A stretch of DNA of 64,000 bases, taken from contig JBBSEN010000004.1 in assembly GCA_038239685.1 (NCBI GenBank), positions 8,657 to 72,656 on the forward strand, given 5' to 3'. A model generated the notes under the pieces. That model was not told the origin of the DNA, made no database searches, and was given only the letters and a program-made list of their open reading frames with translations. Both the position numbers and the translations under genes were made by a program. This document shows, one piece after another, positions 53,283 through 64,000 of this stretch. The first letter of the stretch is position 1, and each line of letters opens with the position of its first letter. Source of the stretch: Candidatus Saccharimonadales bacterium. GTDB taxonomy: Bacteria > Patescibacteriota > Saccharimonadia > Saccharimonadales > UBA4665.

Positions 53283-54139
53283 TCAGCGCACTTGCACGGT
53301 TCGCCGAAAGCGGCCCGATCGTCCACGTGGCGCCAGCTAAGCTGTTCACTGTCGACGGTTTCACGATTACTAATTCCATCCTCTACGGCTGGATCGCCAT
53401 TACCGCCATTACCGTACTTTTTGTTTGGACGGCCCGTCAGGTGCGCGTCAAGCCCCGGGGCGGTTTCGTGCAAGTCGTCGAAGTCGGCGTCGATTTTATC
53501 ACTAACTTGGTAGAGAACGCTTTTGACAACAAGGAGATTGGCCGCAAGTACGTGCCCTATTTCGTGACACTGTTCTTTTTCATCTTATTTAATAACTGGC
53601 TCGGCCTGCTGCCAATTGTCGGCGAGGGTTTCCTGGTTCACGGCAGCCCGCTGCTGCGGCCCTTCACCGGTGACCTTAACGGCACCTTGGCCCTTGGCGT
53701 GGTGACCATGCTACTGGTCTACGGGGCGTCGATCCGCGAAGCCGGTGGCCCGCTGAAGTACCTGCACCACTTCTTTATTGGCAGCCCGAAGAACCCGTTG
53801 TATTTCGGGATCGGCCTGCTGGAGATGTTCACCGACTTGACGCGTGTGCTCAGCCTGAGCCTCCGGCTTTTCCTTAATATTACTATTGGTGAGATCGTCA
53901 TCGCCGTCTTCGCCTACTTGGGCCATGTGGCGGCGCCACTGACGGCCCTGCCATTCACCTTGCTGGAAATCCTGGTGGGCGCCCTGCAGGCCTATATCTT
54001 CACCATTTTAGCTACTATGTACCTGGCCATCGCCGTCAACCATGCCGAGGAGCATGCCGGTGACCCGGACTTGACCGAAGACGACGTACCTGAAACAATA
54101 GGGGTACAGAATACCGAGAGTGTGCATGGGCAGGCTTAA
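53279..54139 (+). CDS. atpB: F0F1 ATP synthase subunit a
   Basis: LSLSLRLFLNITIGE (essential Arg) and LQAYIFTILATMY. It has an unusual acidic C-terminal tail of about 35 aa. Confidence 0.9.
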   Translation: MISALARFAESGPIVHVAPAKLFTVDGFTITNSILYGWIAITAITVLFVWTARQVRVKPRGGFVQVVEVGVDFITNLVENAFDNKEIGRKYVPYFVTLFFFILFNNWLGLLPIVGEGFLVHGSPLLRPFTGDLNGTLALGVVTMLLVYGASIREAGGPLKYLHHFFIGSPKNPLYFGIGLLEMFTDLTRVLSLSLRLFLNITIGEIVIAVFAYLGHVAAPLTALPFTLLEILVGALQAYIFTILATMYLAIAVNHAEEHAGDPDLTEDDVPETIGVQNTESVHGQA

Positions 54140-54163
54140 TTTTGTAATTAAAAGGAGTAATTA

Positions 54164-54394
54164 ATGGCAATTATCGCAGACGCAGTAAACACGGCAATCA
54201 TCGGCAAAGGCCTGATGATCGGCGGCGGCTTTATCGGGCCGGGCATCGGTATCGGCCTGATTGGCGGCAACTACTTGCAGGCCGTCGGGCGCAACCCAGA
54301 AGCGGCGAAGTTTCTGGGCCAGGCCCTGATCTTCGTGGCTATCGTGGAGCTTTTCGGACTTTTGGCTTTCGCCTCCATCTTCATCGTTAAATAA
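54164..54394 (+). CDS. atpE: F0F1 ATP synthase subunit c
   Basis: A 76-aa helical hairpin with a GRNPE loop and the carboxylate in AIVELFGLLAF. AAGGAG SD. Confidence 0.9.
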   Translation: MAIIADAVNTAIIGKGLMIGGGFIGPGIGIGLIGGNYLQAVGRNPEAAKFLGQALIFVAIVELFGLLAFASIFIVK

Positions 54395-54404
54395 GGAGTT
54401 TTAA

Positions 54405-54941
54405 TTGATTCAAACGGCTCTGACACAATTCGGCGACAGTTCTTCTGGTCTCGGGGCTCTAGGCTTTGACGGCAAAGCCTTCGTCATCCAGCTGATTACC
54501 TTCGTGCTGGCCCTGTTAGTACTGCGGCGCTACGCTTTCGGGCCGATCCTCAAAGTATTACGCGAACGTCGCGAGACCATCGAGCAAGGTGTCAAGCTCG
54601 GTGAGCAAATGCGCCGCGAGCAGGCCGAAATGGAAGATAAGGTAGTCAAAGCCTTGCAGGCAGCCCGCCAGCAGGCTGACCAGATTATCGCCGGCGCCCA
54701 GGACAGCGGCCGCCAGGCCATCCGCGCGGCCGAGGACAAGGCCCGCGACAAAGACGCTGGTGTACTCAAGGATGCTGACGCGCGCATTGCCCAAGACACT
54801 GCTCGAGCCCGCCAAGGCTTGGAGAAGGAATTGGTAGGACTGGTATCTGACGCCACTGAGGCGATTATTGAAGAAAAAGTTGACGCCAAGAAAGACGCCG
54901 ATCTTATTAGGCGGGCGCTCAAGGAGCGGCAAACGGCATGA
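54405..54941 (+). CDS. atpF: F0F1 ATP synthase subunit b
   Basis: One TM helix followed by a long charged helix. TTG start after AAGGAG. Operon position supports the call. Confidence 0.85.
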   Translation: MIQTALTQFGDSSSGLGALGFDGKAFVIQLITFVLALLVLRRYAFGPILKVLRERRETIEQGVKLGEQMRREQAEMEDKVVKALQAARQQADQIIAGAQDSGRQAIRAAEDKARDKDAGVLKDADARIAQDTARARQGLEKELVGLVSDATEAIIEEKVDAKKDADLIRRALKERQTA

Positions 54942-55342
54942 AGCAAGCTCGCACCAAAATCGCCCAGGTCATCGCCGACCGAACGCTAAAAAAGGGTGTT
55001 TCCAAGCAATTGAGCCGTGAAGTTGCCGCCTACCTCTTATCTGAGCGGCGCGTTAACGAGCTGGACTCAGTACTGCGGGATGTCCAGGCCGACTGGGCTG
55101 AGGACGGTTACGTTGAGGTTTTGGCCAGCAGCGCTCACGCCCTGACCGATGTCACCAAGGCCGACATCACTAAGCAGGTTAAAGAGCTGTACCCGGTCGC
55201 CCAGCAGATCATCGTCACCGAAGTGCATGACCCGGCCATCATCGGCGGCGTCCGACTGAGCGTGGCCAACCGGCAGCTCGATCTCAGCGTCGAGGCCAAG
55301 TTGAATAGATTTAGACAGTTAACGACCGCAGGAAAGGATTAA
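54938..55342 (+). CDS. atpH: F0F1 ATP synthase subunit delta (short, 134 aa)
   Basis: The position between b and alpha, and the C-terminal IIGGVRLSVANRQLDLSVEAKL typical of OSCP/delta. Confidence 0.8.
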   Translation: MKQARTKIAQVIADRTLKKGVSKQLSREVAAYLLSERRVNELDSVLRDVQADWAEDGYVEVLASSAHALTDVTKADITKQVKELYPVAQQIIVTEVHDPAIIGGVRLSVANRQLDLSVEAKLNRFRQLTTAGKD

Positions 55343-56911
55343 ATGGCTACCAAGACCGATTTATCAATTACTGAATTATCAGATGACATCCGGGCGGCCA
55401 TTGCCGAGCTGAAGCAGCGCCCCGAGATCGAAAGCGTCGGTGTTGTCACTCGCGTCGGCGACGGCATCGCCTGGATTTACGGCCTGAGCGCTGCCGGTTA
55501 TAACGAGATGTTAGAGATCGACGGTGTTAACGGCGCCAAGGTCACGGCCTTCGCCCTCAACCTCGGCGAGGATGAAATCGGCGCGGTACTCCTCGGCGAA
55601 GACACGGCCGTCAAGGCAGGTGCCAAAGTCCGCCTCAGCGGCAAAGTCCTGGAAGTTCCTGTCGGACCCGAACTGGTCGGGCGAGTAGTTGATCCCTTAG
55701 GTAACCCCCTGGACGGCGGCGAACCAATTAAGGCCAAGCAAACCAGCCGCGTTGAGCGCCCTGCACCCGGCGTCTTGGCCCGTAAGAGCGTCCACGAGCC
55801 GCTGATGACTGGCCTAACCGCTATTGACGCTATGATCCCGATCGGCCGCGGCCAGCGTGAGCTGATTATCGGCGACCGCCAAACCGGTAAGACGGCCATC
55901 ACCGTCGACACCATGGTCAACCAGGCCAAGCAAAAGACCAGCGTCATCAACGTGTACGTCGCCATCGGTCAGAAGCTATCCAAGATCGCCGCCCTGCAGG
56001 AACGCCTGCGCCGCGAAGGCGTCATGGACCAGACTATCATCGTGGCTACCAGCCCGGCCGATCCGGCCGCCTTGCTTTACCTGGCGCCTTATGCCGGCTG
56101 CGCCATGGGCGAGTACTTCCGCGACAACAAGCAGCACGCCCTAATTATCTATGACGACCTGACTAAGCACGCCCAGGCTTATCGCCAGATGTCGCTACTG
56201 TTGCGCCGCCCCCCGGGTCGTGAGACCTATCCCGGTGACGTCTTCTACCTGCACTCCCGACTGTTGGAGCGGGCCGCCAAGATGAGCGACAAGCTCGGCG
56301 CCGGCTCTCTGACCGCCCTGCCCATCATCGAGACCCAGGCCGGCGACATCAGCGCCTACATCCCGACCAACGTTATTTCGATTACCGATGGCCAGATCTT
56401 CCTGGAAACCAATCTTTTCTATCAGGGCATCCGTCCGGCTATTTCGGTTGGCTTATCAGTCTCGCGTGTTGGCGGCTCCGCCCAGACCAAGGCCATTAAA
56501 GCCGTTGGCGGCGGCCTTAAGCTAGCTTTAGCCCAATTCCGCGAATTAGCCGCCTTCAGCCAGTTCTCAACTGACTTGGACCCGGAAACCCGCCATACCA
56601 TTGAGCGTGGACAGCGTTTGACAGAATTACTCAAGCAGCCCCAGTTCAGCCCCTATGCCATCTGGGAAATGTACACTAGTCTGTACGCCGCCACCCAAGG
56701 CGTCTTTGACACTGTACCGCTGGAAAAGATCAAGCCCGCCGAAGAAGCCTTGCACCGCGAACTCAAGTCCAAACATGCCAAGTTGACCGACGCCCTCAAC
56801 ACCGGCGACAAGCCAACTGACGCCAAGAACGAAACCGTACTCAAAGTCGCCAAGGCCATCGCCGAGAGCTACAAGGCACCGTCAAGCGATAAAAAGGCTG
56901 AGGAGAAGTAA
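55343..56911 (+). CDS. atpA: F0F1 ATP synthase subunit alpha
   Basis: Walker A motif GDRQTGKT and full-length alpha similarity. Confidence 0.95.
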   Translation: MATKTDLSITELSDDIRAAIAELKQRPEIESVGVVTRVGDGIAWIYGLSAAGYNEMLEIDGVNGAKVTAFALNLGEDEIGAVLLGEDTAVKAGAKVRLSGKVLEVPVGPELVGRVVDPLGNPLDGGEPIKAKQTSRVERPAPGVLARKSVHEPLMTGLTAIDAMIPIGRGQRELIIGDRQTGKTAITVDTMVNQAKQKTSVINVYVAIGQKLSKIAALQERLRREGVMDQTIIVATSPADPAALLYLAPYAGCAMGEYFRDNKQHALIIYDDLTKHAQAYRQMSLLLRRPPGRETYPGDVFYLHSRLLERAAKMSDKLGAGSLTALPIIETQAGDISAYIPTNVISITDGQIFLETNLFYQGIRPAISVGLSVSRVGGSAQTKAIKAVGGGLKLALAQFRELAAFSQFSTDLDPETRHTIERGQRLTELLKQPQFSPYAIWEMYTSLYAATQGVFDTVPLEKIKPAEEALHRELKSKHAKLTDALNTGDKPTDAKNETVLKVAKAIAESYKAPSSDKKAEEK

Positions 56912-56916
56912 GCCCA

Positions 56917-57783
56917 GTGGCCAGTACGATTACCCTAAAGCGCCGGATCACTTCGATCAGCAGCACCCGCCAGATCACTAAAGCTATGGAGCTGGTTAGC
57001 GCCAGCAAGCTGCGACGGGCCCAGGAGTACGCCCAGCGCAGCCGCGACTACCGCGACCTGGCCTATGACCTGCTGCGCAAGCTGAACGCCATGAGCGAAG
57101 TCGAGCGTATGCCGCTGTTCCGCAAGCGCGAAGTTAAGGATCGGCTATACATAGTCATTACCAGCAACACTGGACTTGCCGGGGCCTACAATGCCAATAC
57201 ATTGAAGCTATTAACCGAAGGCTTGCGAGAAGACCGCGACAAGAGGGTCAAGAGCCATGTCATTACAGTCGGCAGCAAAGGCGCCCAGTTTGTCCGCCGC
57301 ATCCAGGACGTCGACCTGCTGGCGGCCTACCCGCCGCTCGGTGACCAGCCGACGGCTAACGACGTGCGACCGATCCTCAATACCGTACTTGACCAATATA
57401 TATCCGAAAAAATCGACGAAGTCCGCATCCTGTACACGAACTTCAAATCCAACCTGCTACAGGAAGCTACCAGCCTGCAGATCCTGCCGGCGCCGCTGAT
57501 GGATGTCGACAGCGATGCCACGCCGATCAGCAACTTCGAGCCGGATGTCGAGACGGTCGTGCAGGAAGTCACTACCCGGCTGATCGAAGCCCAGATCTGG
57601 CAGGCTATATTGGAGAGCTTAGCCAGTGAGCATGCCATGCGCATGATCGCCACCAAGAACGCCACCGACAACGCCAACGACCTGATCCGCGACTACACCC
57701 TGGAATTAAATACCGCCCGACAGGCCGCCATTACCCAGGAGCTGGCCGAAATCAGCGGCGGCGTGGAAGCATTAAGCGATTAA
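56917..57783 (+). CDS. atpG: F0F1 ATP synthase subunit gamma
   Basis: The N-terminal ITKAMELVSASKLRRAQ and C-terminal NTARQAAITQELAEI helices. Confidence 0.9.
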   Translation: MASTITLKRRITSISSTRQITKAMELVSASKLRRAQEYAQRSRDYRDLAYDLLRKLNAMSEVERMPLFRKREVKDRLYIVITSNTGLAGAYNANTLKLLTEGLREDRDKRVKSHVITVGSKGAQFVRRIQDVDLLAAYPPLGDQPTANDVRPILNTVLDQYISEKIDEVRILYTNFKSNLLQEATSLQILPAPLMDVDSDATPISNFEPDVETVVQEVTTRLIEAQIWQAILESLASEHAMRMIATKNATDNANDLIRDYTLELNTARQAAITQELAEISGGVEALSD

Positions 57784-59199
<1,416 letters not shown>

Positions 59200-59201
59200 G
59201 C

Positions 59202-59630
59202 GTGTTCCACTTCCAGCTGGTCAGTCTCAGCGGCAAGCAGTTCGACGAGGATGTTTACGAAGTCATTCTGCCGACCTTGGACGGCGAAATTGGCGTGCTG
59301 CAAGACCACATGCCGCTGGTCAGTGTCGCCAAGACCGGCGTGATTGCCGTTCGCCGCAACCCCAAGGATTCCGACGCCCAGCGTGAGTTCTTCGCCACCA
59401 ACGGTGGGGCCATAGAAGTGAGCGACAACACCTTACGCGTACTGGTTGACGAGGCAGACCACGCCGACGTGATCAATGAAGCCGAAGTCCAAAAGGCCCT
59501 GGAGCGCGCCCAGAAGATGAAGGCCGAAGCCAAAGACCAGGTTAGCCTGGATCACGCCCAAGCCCTGGTCGACCGCCAAGCCGTCCGCCTGCAAGTGGCC
59601 GGTCTCAAGCGCCGCCATCAACGTCGTTAA
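59202..59630 (+). CDS. atpC: F0F1 ATP synthase subunit epsilon
   Basis: GTG start. Beta-sandwich pattern (VILPTLDGEIGVLQDHMPL) plus a C-terminal helical region. Confidence 0.85.
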   Translation: MFHFQLVSLSGKQFDEDVYEVILPTLDGEIGVLQDHMPLVSVAKTGVIAVRRNPKDSDAQREFFATNGGAIEVSDNTLRVLVDEADHADVINEAEVQKALERAQKMKAEAKDQVSLDHAQALVDRQAVRLQVAGLKRRHQRR

Positions 59631-60035
59631 TTAACCGAGTTTACTAGTACAAAAAGCGCAGCGCGTGGCGGCCTTGGGTATCTCACTCAAGCAGAACTGG
59701 CATTTCTTTTCGGTCGGGTCTTCTGGTGTCTTGCGGCGGCTGGAATACTCTTGCAACTTATTGAGCGGATGGATGATTAAGAAGAATATCACGGCCGCCA
59801 AAATCAAGAAGGCAATAACCGCGTTAATGAAGTCACCATACATGAACTTGCTGCTGTTAAGCGTAAAGAACAACCCGGAAAAGTCCGGCTTACCACCGAC
59901 AGCGGCGAGTAACGGCGTAATCAAATCTTTCACTAATGAAGTGACAATCGCTCCAAAGGCCGCGCCGATGACAACCGCCACCGCCAGGTCAACCACATTA
60001 CCGCGCAGGATAAATTTCTTAAATTCGTTCAGCAT
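59631..60035 (-). CDS. mscL: Large-conductance mechanosensitive channel with a C-terminal CxxC...CxxC extension
   Basis: MLNEFKKFILRGNVVDLAVAVVIGAAFG is the canonical MscL N-terminus. The ATG at 60035 follows AAGGA. The tail is CQFCLSEIPKAATRCAFC. Confidence 0.9.
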   Translation of the reverse strand: MLNEFKKFILRGNVVDLAVAVVIGAAFGAIVTSLVKDLITPLLAAVGGKPDFSGLFFTLNSSKFMYGDFINAVIAFLILAAVIFFLIIHPLNKLQEYSSRRKTPEDPTEKKCQFCLSEIPKAATRCAFCTSKLG

Positions 60036-60154
60036 ACTTTTTTCCTTGCTTATTAGGTATAGTAACAGATTATTTAAAGACTTGCATATCGACCAAAGAC
60101 AAGATACTATAAGTCTCATATTTGTGATAAAAAACACATTTGTTGGAGTGAATA

Positions 60155-61099
60155 GTGCATGAAAACTTATCCGGTAGCAATGAAGTGACAGGAGCGCCTA
60201 CATGTCCGGTCATAGTAGTTACGCGCATTTCTGAAGGTTTAAGTTTTGGTGAGGGTGCAATTTCTGCAAGCGGCGAAGATGAAAGAGTTTTGGAACTTAT
60301 GGATACCGCTATACATGGCGGACCAGAAATTCTGGTTCCTGTTGAAACCGAAGACGACGGTTGTAGTGACGGCCGGCCCGCCATTTCTGTATTTAGGAAA
60401 CGATCAATATTCAAACATAATCATCATCGGGCCAAAATTTTTGGTGGAGCGGTTGTCATGACCGCAGCGTCCAAGATTGGCTTGGGCGAGAATCGACATC
60501 AGGAATTGCCCAACATCTTAGCAGGGTCTATCGACACTCTAGTAGAGGAGAATATTAATTTCGGTGCTCACATTGACGAGGCCGCACATGGCGAGAACTG
60601 TGGTTGCGGAGCGATTGACCGGGGTCCTGACTCACTATGGGCCGCTGTGAAATATGAAAATGAGATCCGTCAGGTCATCGCTGTATTGGGCGTTGAAACG
60701 ACAGGGTTAGATGAAGTGCAGAGCAATTTCCGCCAGTATGTAAATACAAATCTATCCCAGCCTATAGAATATAGCGGCCGCAAAGTTATGGATAAAATCG
60801 TTGATACAGGTAAGATTGTAAAGAAACTCGGGGGCGAACATCGTGAACGGCGCATTATCTTGAATCAAGTGAGGGGCTTCACGGTGAATCAGCGGCTAAT
60901 ACGGGCAGTGACAGATGGAGAAGCCCAGGTCTTTGGTGTCGATACATGGCGCTTAGAAGACGTCGTCGCCAAACTTTATCCTGCTGAGCCGGAGCGACAA
61001 CATAAAGCAGTGCTCAGCATGTTAGTTTATACTCTTGGCACAGCCGCAGTACTAACCAAGGGTGATCTACCGATAGATATTATAGAGGAGGCTTTCTAG
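60155..61099 (+). CDS. Hypothetical protein with Cys/His/Asp motifs (possible metalloenzyme)
   Basis: DDGCSDGRP (CxDxR-like) at residues ~70-74 and AAHGENCGCGAIDRG at ~145-151. The start is uncertain (tracked GTG). Confidence 0.45.
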   Translation: MHENLSGSNEVTGAPTCPVIVVTRISEGLSFGEGAISASGEDERVLELMDTAIHGGPEILVPVETEDDGCSDGRPAISVFRKRSIFKHNHHRAKIFGGAVVMTAASKIGLGENRHQELPNILAGSIDTLVEENINFGAHIDEAAHGENCGCGAIDRGPDSLWAAVKYENEIRQVIAVLGVETTGLDEVQSNFRQYVNTNLSQPIEYSGRKVMDKIVDTGKIVKKLGGEHRERRIILNQVRGFTVNQRLIRAVTDGEAQVFGVDTWRLEDVVAKLYPAEPERQHKAVLSMLVYTLGTAAVLTKGDLPIDIIEEAF

Positions 61100-61189
61100 G
61101 GCGATAAATGTGCCTCCTCTATTTAGGCACTTTACAAATGCCCAAACTAACGCTATTCTTATGACATTAAATAAGTGGAGGTTCCAATT

Positions 61190-61912
61190 ATGTTTGGAAG
61201 ACGCAACACGGCTGCCTTAGTAGCTGAATTTTTAGGTACCGGAGCATTGACGCTCCTGATTTTGAGCGTGCAGCGCTCTACGATAGGTGTGCCCTTCTTT
61301 GTGGCAGCCGCGGCTGGTCTAACATTAATCTTAATGATGTTCGCTCTCGGCGAAGTCTCGGGCGGCTACTTTAACCCGGCTTTGACGCTGGGATTTTGGA
61401 CCACCCGGCGGATATCAACTATCAAGGCTATCCTTTATATCGGCGCCCAGTTTCTTGGTGCCTGGGGAGCTTACTACCTCTACACCTACTTCGTAAAAAA
61501 TTCCCTGCAGCCAGTTGGCGGCCATTACAGCGGGCGTATCCTGACTGCTGAGGCAGTCGGTACGGCCGTGTTTAGCTTCGGCTACGCGTCGGCTGTCTAC
61601 CAAGGCTTCACGCGGGCTGTTACGGCTTCAGTTGCCGGCCTGGCTTTCATGATCGGCATCATTGCCGCTTCACCAGCCGCTATCGGCTTGCTGAACCCGG
61701 CCATCGCCCTCGGGGCCCGGGCCTGGGTCTTGGGTACCTACGTCTTAGGGCCGGTCCTTGGCGCTATCATCGGCATCAATTTGTACAGCCTGTTGTTCAC
61801 GGAATCTGGCGCCGGCAGCGCGGCTACCTTTGTCCGTAGTTTTAGCACCGGCAACAGTACGGTAACCGTCGAAACTACCAAGAAGCGCCCAGCCAAAAAA
61901 GTCCGCCGCTAG
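61190..61912 (+). CDS. MIP-family channel (aquaporin/glycerol facilitator)
   Basis: Two NPA boxes (FNPALTLG and LNPAIALG) and six TM helices. The ATG at 61190 follows a GGAGG-containing stretch at 61177-61181. The tracked GTG start at 61175 is unlikely. Confidence 0.85.
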   Translation: MFGRRNTAALVAEFLGTGALTLLILSVQRSTIGVPFFVAAAAGLTLILMMFALGEVSGGYFNPALTLGFWTTRRISTIKAILYIGAQFLGAWGAYYLYTYFVKNSLQPVGGHYSGRILTAEAVGTAVFSFGYASAVYQGFTRAVTASVAGLAFMIGIIAASPAAIGLLNPAIALGARAWVLGTYVLGPVLGAIIGINLYSLLFTESGAGSAATFVRSFSTGNSTVTVETTKKRPAKKVRR

Positions 61913-61938
61913 ACTATTAGTTTAGGCGAATGACTGCG

Positions 61939-61968
61939 AAACCGCCCGCTCAGCCGGGCGGTTTTATA
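61939..61968. terminator. Intrinsic terminator between convergent genes
   Basis: A 10-bp stem aaaccgcccg/cgggcggttt with the loop ctcagc, followed by a T-run on the plus strand. Confidence 0.7.
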
Positions 61969-64000
61969 TATTGCCGTCAATAAGGTCTTGTTCGAACTGT
62001 TGGATGCCGCGCGCGTTTTTAGCGTATTGGTTAGTATCTGGAAAATCTAATTCCATTATATGTGCCCAGACCGCGCCGATGAGTTTGGTAAAGTTTTCTA
62101 ATTCCAGCAGATCAAAAGTGAGTTCCAAATTATTAATGAGCCTTCCTTGCTCGTTCGGTTCGACAAACTCTAGGGCGCCGCCGCTGGCTGTCACTTTACC
62201 GCGAAAACTGGCCGAATTCTCGACTAATAGTTTGTAGAACAGCAATTGTTGGCGGTACTTATGCAATTTGACACGTTCGTATTCGTCCTTACCCTGCCAA
62301 GATGTGGCCGGCTTGCCGGTTTTGAAGTCAATGACCATGGCACTGCCGCTCTGCTCAATGTGTAATTTGTCGATTTTACCGCTCAGGTTGGCGTCGCCAA
62401 TCACGACGCCTTCGTTATTAAAGCCGCGCTCGACGATGTCTTTGGCCGACATGTCCGCTCCTCGCTCTTTTACGTACAGTGCCAGCGCTTCCCGGCCGCG
62501 CCGCCCTAGGCGATTATAATCGGTCTTTTTGAGATGCTTGCGTTCTAAGACGTCGACGAAGTAGTCTTGCTGCTTGACAATGGGCGGAAGCTTGCCGGCT
62601 TTGCGCAGTTCCGTATGCGCCCACTGCAGTGTCTTATGGATAGAATCGCCATAGGCCGCCGAAGGAGTCGGCGCTTCCGGAAATCTCAACAGATTGTGCG
62701 TAAAGAAATACTTCGGCCCGGCCCCTTGTACGTCAATAAAGTTATTGAGGTGCGTCACGCTCAGCTTATAGGTCGCCAGGATGGGCTCGAACAGGGCCGG
62801 CTTGTCAGCGATGACTTGGCGAAAACGGTAGGCCCAGTCGGTCGATAAGATCTCGGCGGCTTTGGCTGAGGCCGGCTTGTCGATGGGCTTGGGTTGCAGC
62901 GAGTCTTCGAAGAAGCTCAACGGCGGTGACAACTTGTTCTCCAAAGTATGAGTGTAGCCAGTTATGTGCAGGGTGTGGCGGGCGCGGGTTAACGCCACGA
63001 ACAGGAGCCGTAAGCGGTCGTTGTCACTCTCCCCCGCCGGCACGATCGGCAGGTTGCGCGGCAAGGCAATGCGCGAGGACTGCGAGCGGGCGGTCGGCCC
63101 CCAGATCTCATCTTGGGCGTTAATCACAAACACGGCATCGAACTCCAGTCCTTTAGCCTTATATGCCGTCATGACCTGGACGGCCTTGGTGGTCTGGGTA
63201 TGCGGGTTGGTATCGGCTATTTTGAGGTTGGCCGCCTGGTGCAGCTCGGCGAACTCCACGAGATCCTTGATGTACAGCGCTTTGTTGGGCTTCCACTGGC
63301 GCAGCCGCTGCCGCAGCGTCGATAACTGGCCTAACAACGTGAGGTAGGTGTCGGTACTCTCCTCGTAGCGTTCCGCGCTGAAGTAATAGGCCCGCAACGG
63401 CGAGACGAATTGCTCGGGCTTGGACTGAGGCAGGAGTAACTCGTCGTACTCGCTGTCGACGCCGTCATGGCCGGCGCCGATCAGCTGGTCAAGCAGGTAT
63501 TCCATCGGCTCCAGCGCGCCGCGTTTGGACAAGCCGATGAACCAAGCGGAGATCGTCAGCAACTTCTTATCTTTATGCTTGGCTAAGGCCTTTAACCAGT
63601 GCTCATGCTTGTTGTAGGAGTCTAAGCTGAGCTGTACTAAAGTCTCGGCCGACACGGCCCAGAAATCATAGCCCAGCACCTCGCTGAACAGCGCGTCGGC
63701 GTCATCCTGGCGATTCTCGGCCAACGCCACCACCAGTTCCGACATTCGCAGCAGCTGCAGCACGATCGGCGCTTCCAGGATATTCTCGCGCCGCTCGTAG
63801 GCTACTGGAATATGCCGCTCGCCCAAATATGGCATCAGCCGCTCCAGGTACTTATGCCGCGGCGCGATGACGGCGATCTCCTCCGGCGCCGACCCTCTCT
63901 CAATAAGCTTCTTAATCGCTTCGGCGATCCAATCATACTGGGCCAGCTCGCTAGAAAAGGATGAGTAATCAAGGATTTTAGAGGGATAGCTCTGCTTAGC
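61964..64000 (-). CDS. UvrD/PcrA-like superfamily 1 helicase with a C-terminal PD-(D/E)xK (RecB-type) nuclease domain, 5' end beyond the window
   Basis: The frame stays open upstream of the tracked Met to nt 64000 (...EEIAVIAPRHKYLERLMPYLG). Helicase motifs are VMTAYKAKGLEFDAVFV and LLFVALTRAR. Nuclease motifs are VIDFKTGKP and QLLFYKLL. Confidence 0.8.
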   Translation of the reverse strand, partial: AKQSYPSKILDYSSFSSELAQYDWIAEAIKKLIERGSAPEEIAVIAPRHKYLERLMPYLGERHIPVAYERRENILEAPIVLQLLRMSELVVALAENRQDDADALFSEVLGYDFWAVSAETLVQLSLDSYNKHEHWLKALAKHKDKKLLTISAWFIGLSKRGALEPMEYLLDQLIGAGHDGVDSEYDELLLPQSKPEQFVSPLRAYYFSAERYEESTDTYLTLLGQLSTLRQRLRQWKPNKALYIKDLVEFAELHQAANLKIADTNPHTQTTKAVQVMTAYKAKGLEFDAVFVINAQDEIWGPTARSQSSRIALPRNLPIVPAGESDNDRLRLLFVALTRARHTLHITGYTHTLENKLSPPLSFFEDSLQPKPIDKPASAKAAEILSTDWAYRFRQVIADKPALFEPILATYKLSVTHLNNFIDVQGAGPKYFFTHNLLRFPEAPTPSAAYGDSIHKTLQWAHTELRKAGKLPPIVKQQDYFVDVLERKHLKKTDYNRLGRRGREALALYVKERGADMSAKDIVERGFNNEGVVIGDANLSGKIDKLHIEQSGSAMVIDFKTGKPATSWQGKDEYERVKLHKYRQQLLFYKLLVENSASFRGKVTASGGALEFVEPNEQGRLINNLELTFDLLELENFTKLIGAVWAHIMELDFPDTNQYAKNARGIQQFEQDLIDGNI

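Noticed and set aside
52895-53473. A 192-aa minus-strand ORF
   Set aside because: It is antisense to atpZ and the start of atpB, both of which have clear family signatures. It looks like a typical GC-rich shadow ORF.

Overview
This is a gene-dense 64-kb chromosomal segment with about 70 CDS, one tRNA, and no rRNA or CRISPR. The envelope is Gram-positive in type (sortase plus LPXTG substrate, MscL, F1Fo operon with AtpZ). The backbone is GC-rich (hand-counted 60-nt lines: 41/60 at 7141-7200, 39/60 at 17401-17460). The mix of many small hypothetical genes, very large glycan machinery and sparse metabolism resembles Patescibacteria/CPR (Saccharibacteria-like), but this is inference and cannot be proven from the sequence. 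Layout: (1) 1-8.6 kb holds a cell-surface module with three paralogous Asn/Thr/Gly-rich secreted proteins, a sortase, a GT2 and polytopic membrane proteins. (2) 8.6-16.5 kb is a sharply AT-rich island (23/60 GC at 9001-9060, 21/60 at 13201-13260). It carries a 1244-aa GT-C-like membrane protein with duplicated CBM-like modules, a GT4, a methyltransferase-like gene, a GT2 and a processive TED/QxxRW GT2 synthase. (3) 16.5-19.8 kb holds a GT4, a GtrB-like polyprenyl-phosphate GT2 and a Wzx-like flippase. (4) 19.8-26 kb holds a domain-permuted RelA/SpoT homologue, a secreted lipase and a cfa-like methyltransferase. (5) 26.0-41.7 kb is a second glycan cassette: galE, two tandem QueC-like PP-loop paralogues, a GH-A hydrolase, a flippase, a pyruvyl transferase, a GT4-membrane fusion, a deacetylase-GT4 fusion, a GT4 and a GT2. 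It is bracketed by a 167-bp near-identical direct repeat derived from the 3' end of a ydeI-like gene. (6) 41.9-44.8 kb is a compact flavin module: an FMN_bind protein, ApbE, and a polytopic FNR-type oxidoreductase. (7) 45-48 kb holds small accessory genes and a Fic/VbhA-like toxin-antitoxin islet bounded by a 28-bp duplication of the tRNA-Asn 3' end. (8) 48-64 kb holds housekeeping genes: smpB, the complete atpZBEFHAGDC operon, mscL, an aquaporin and a UvrD-like helicase-nuclease truncated by the window edge. The candidates I consider most worth follow-up are the repeat-bracketed glycan cassette with its uncharacterised PP-loop pair, the permuted RSH, the mini NQR/RNF-like flavin module and the secreted repeat-protein family.
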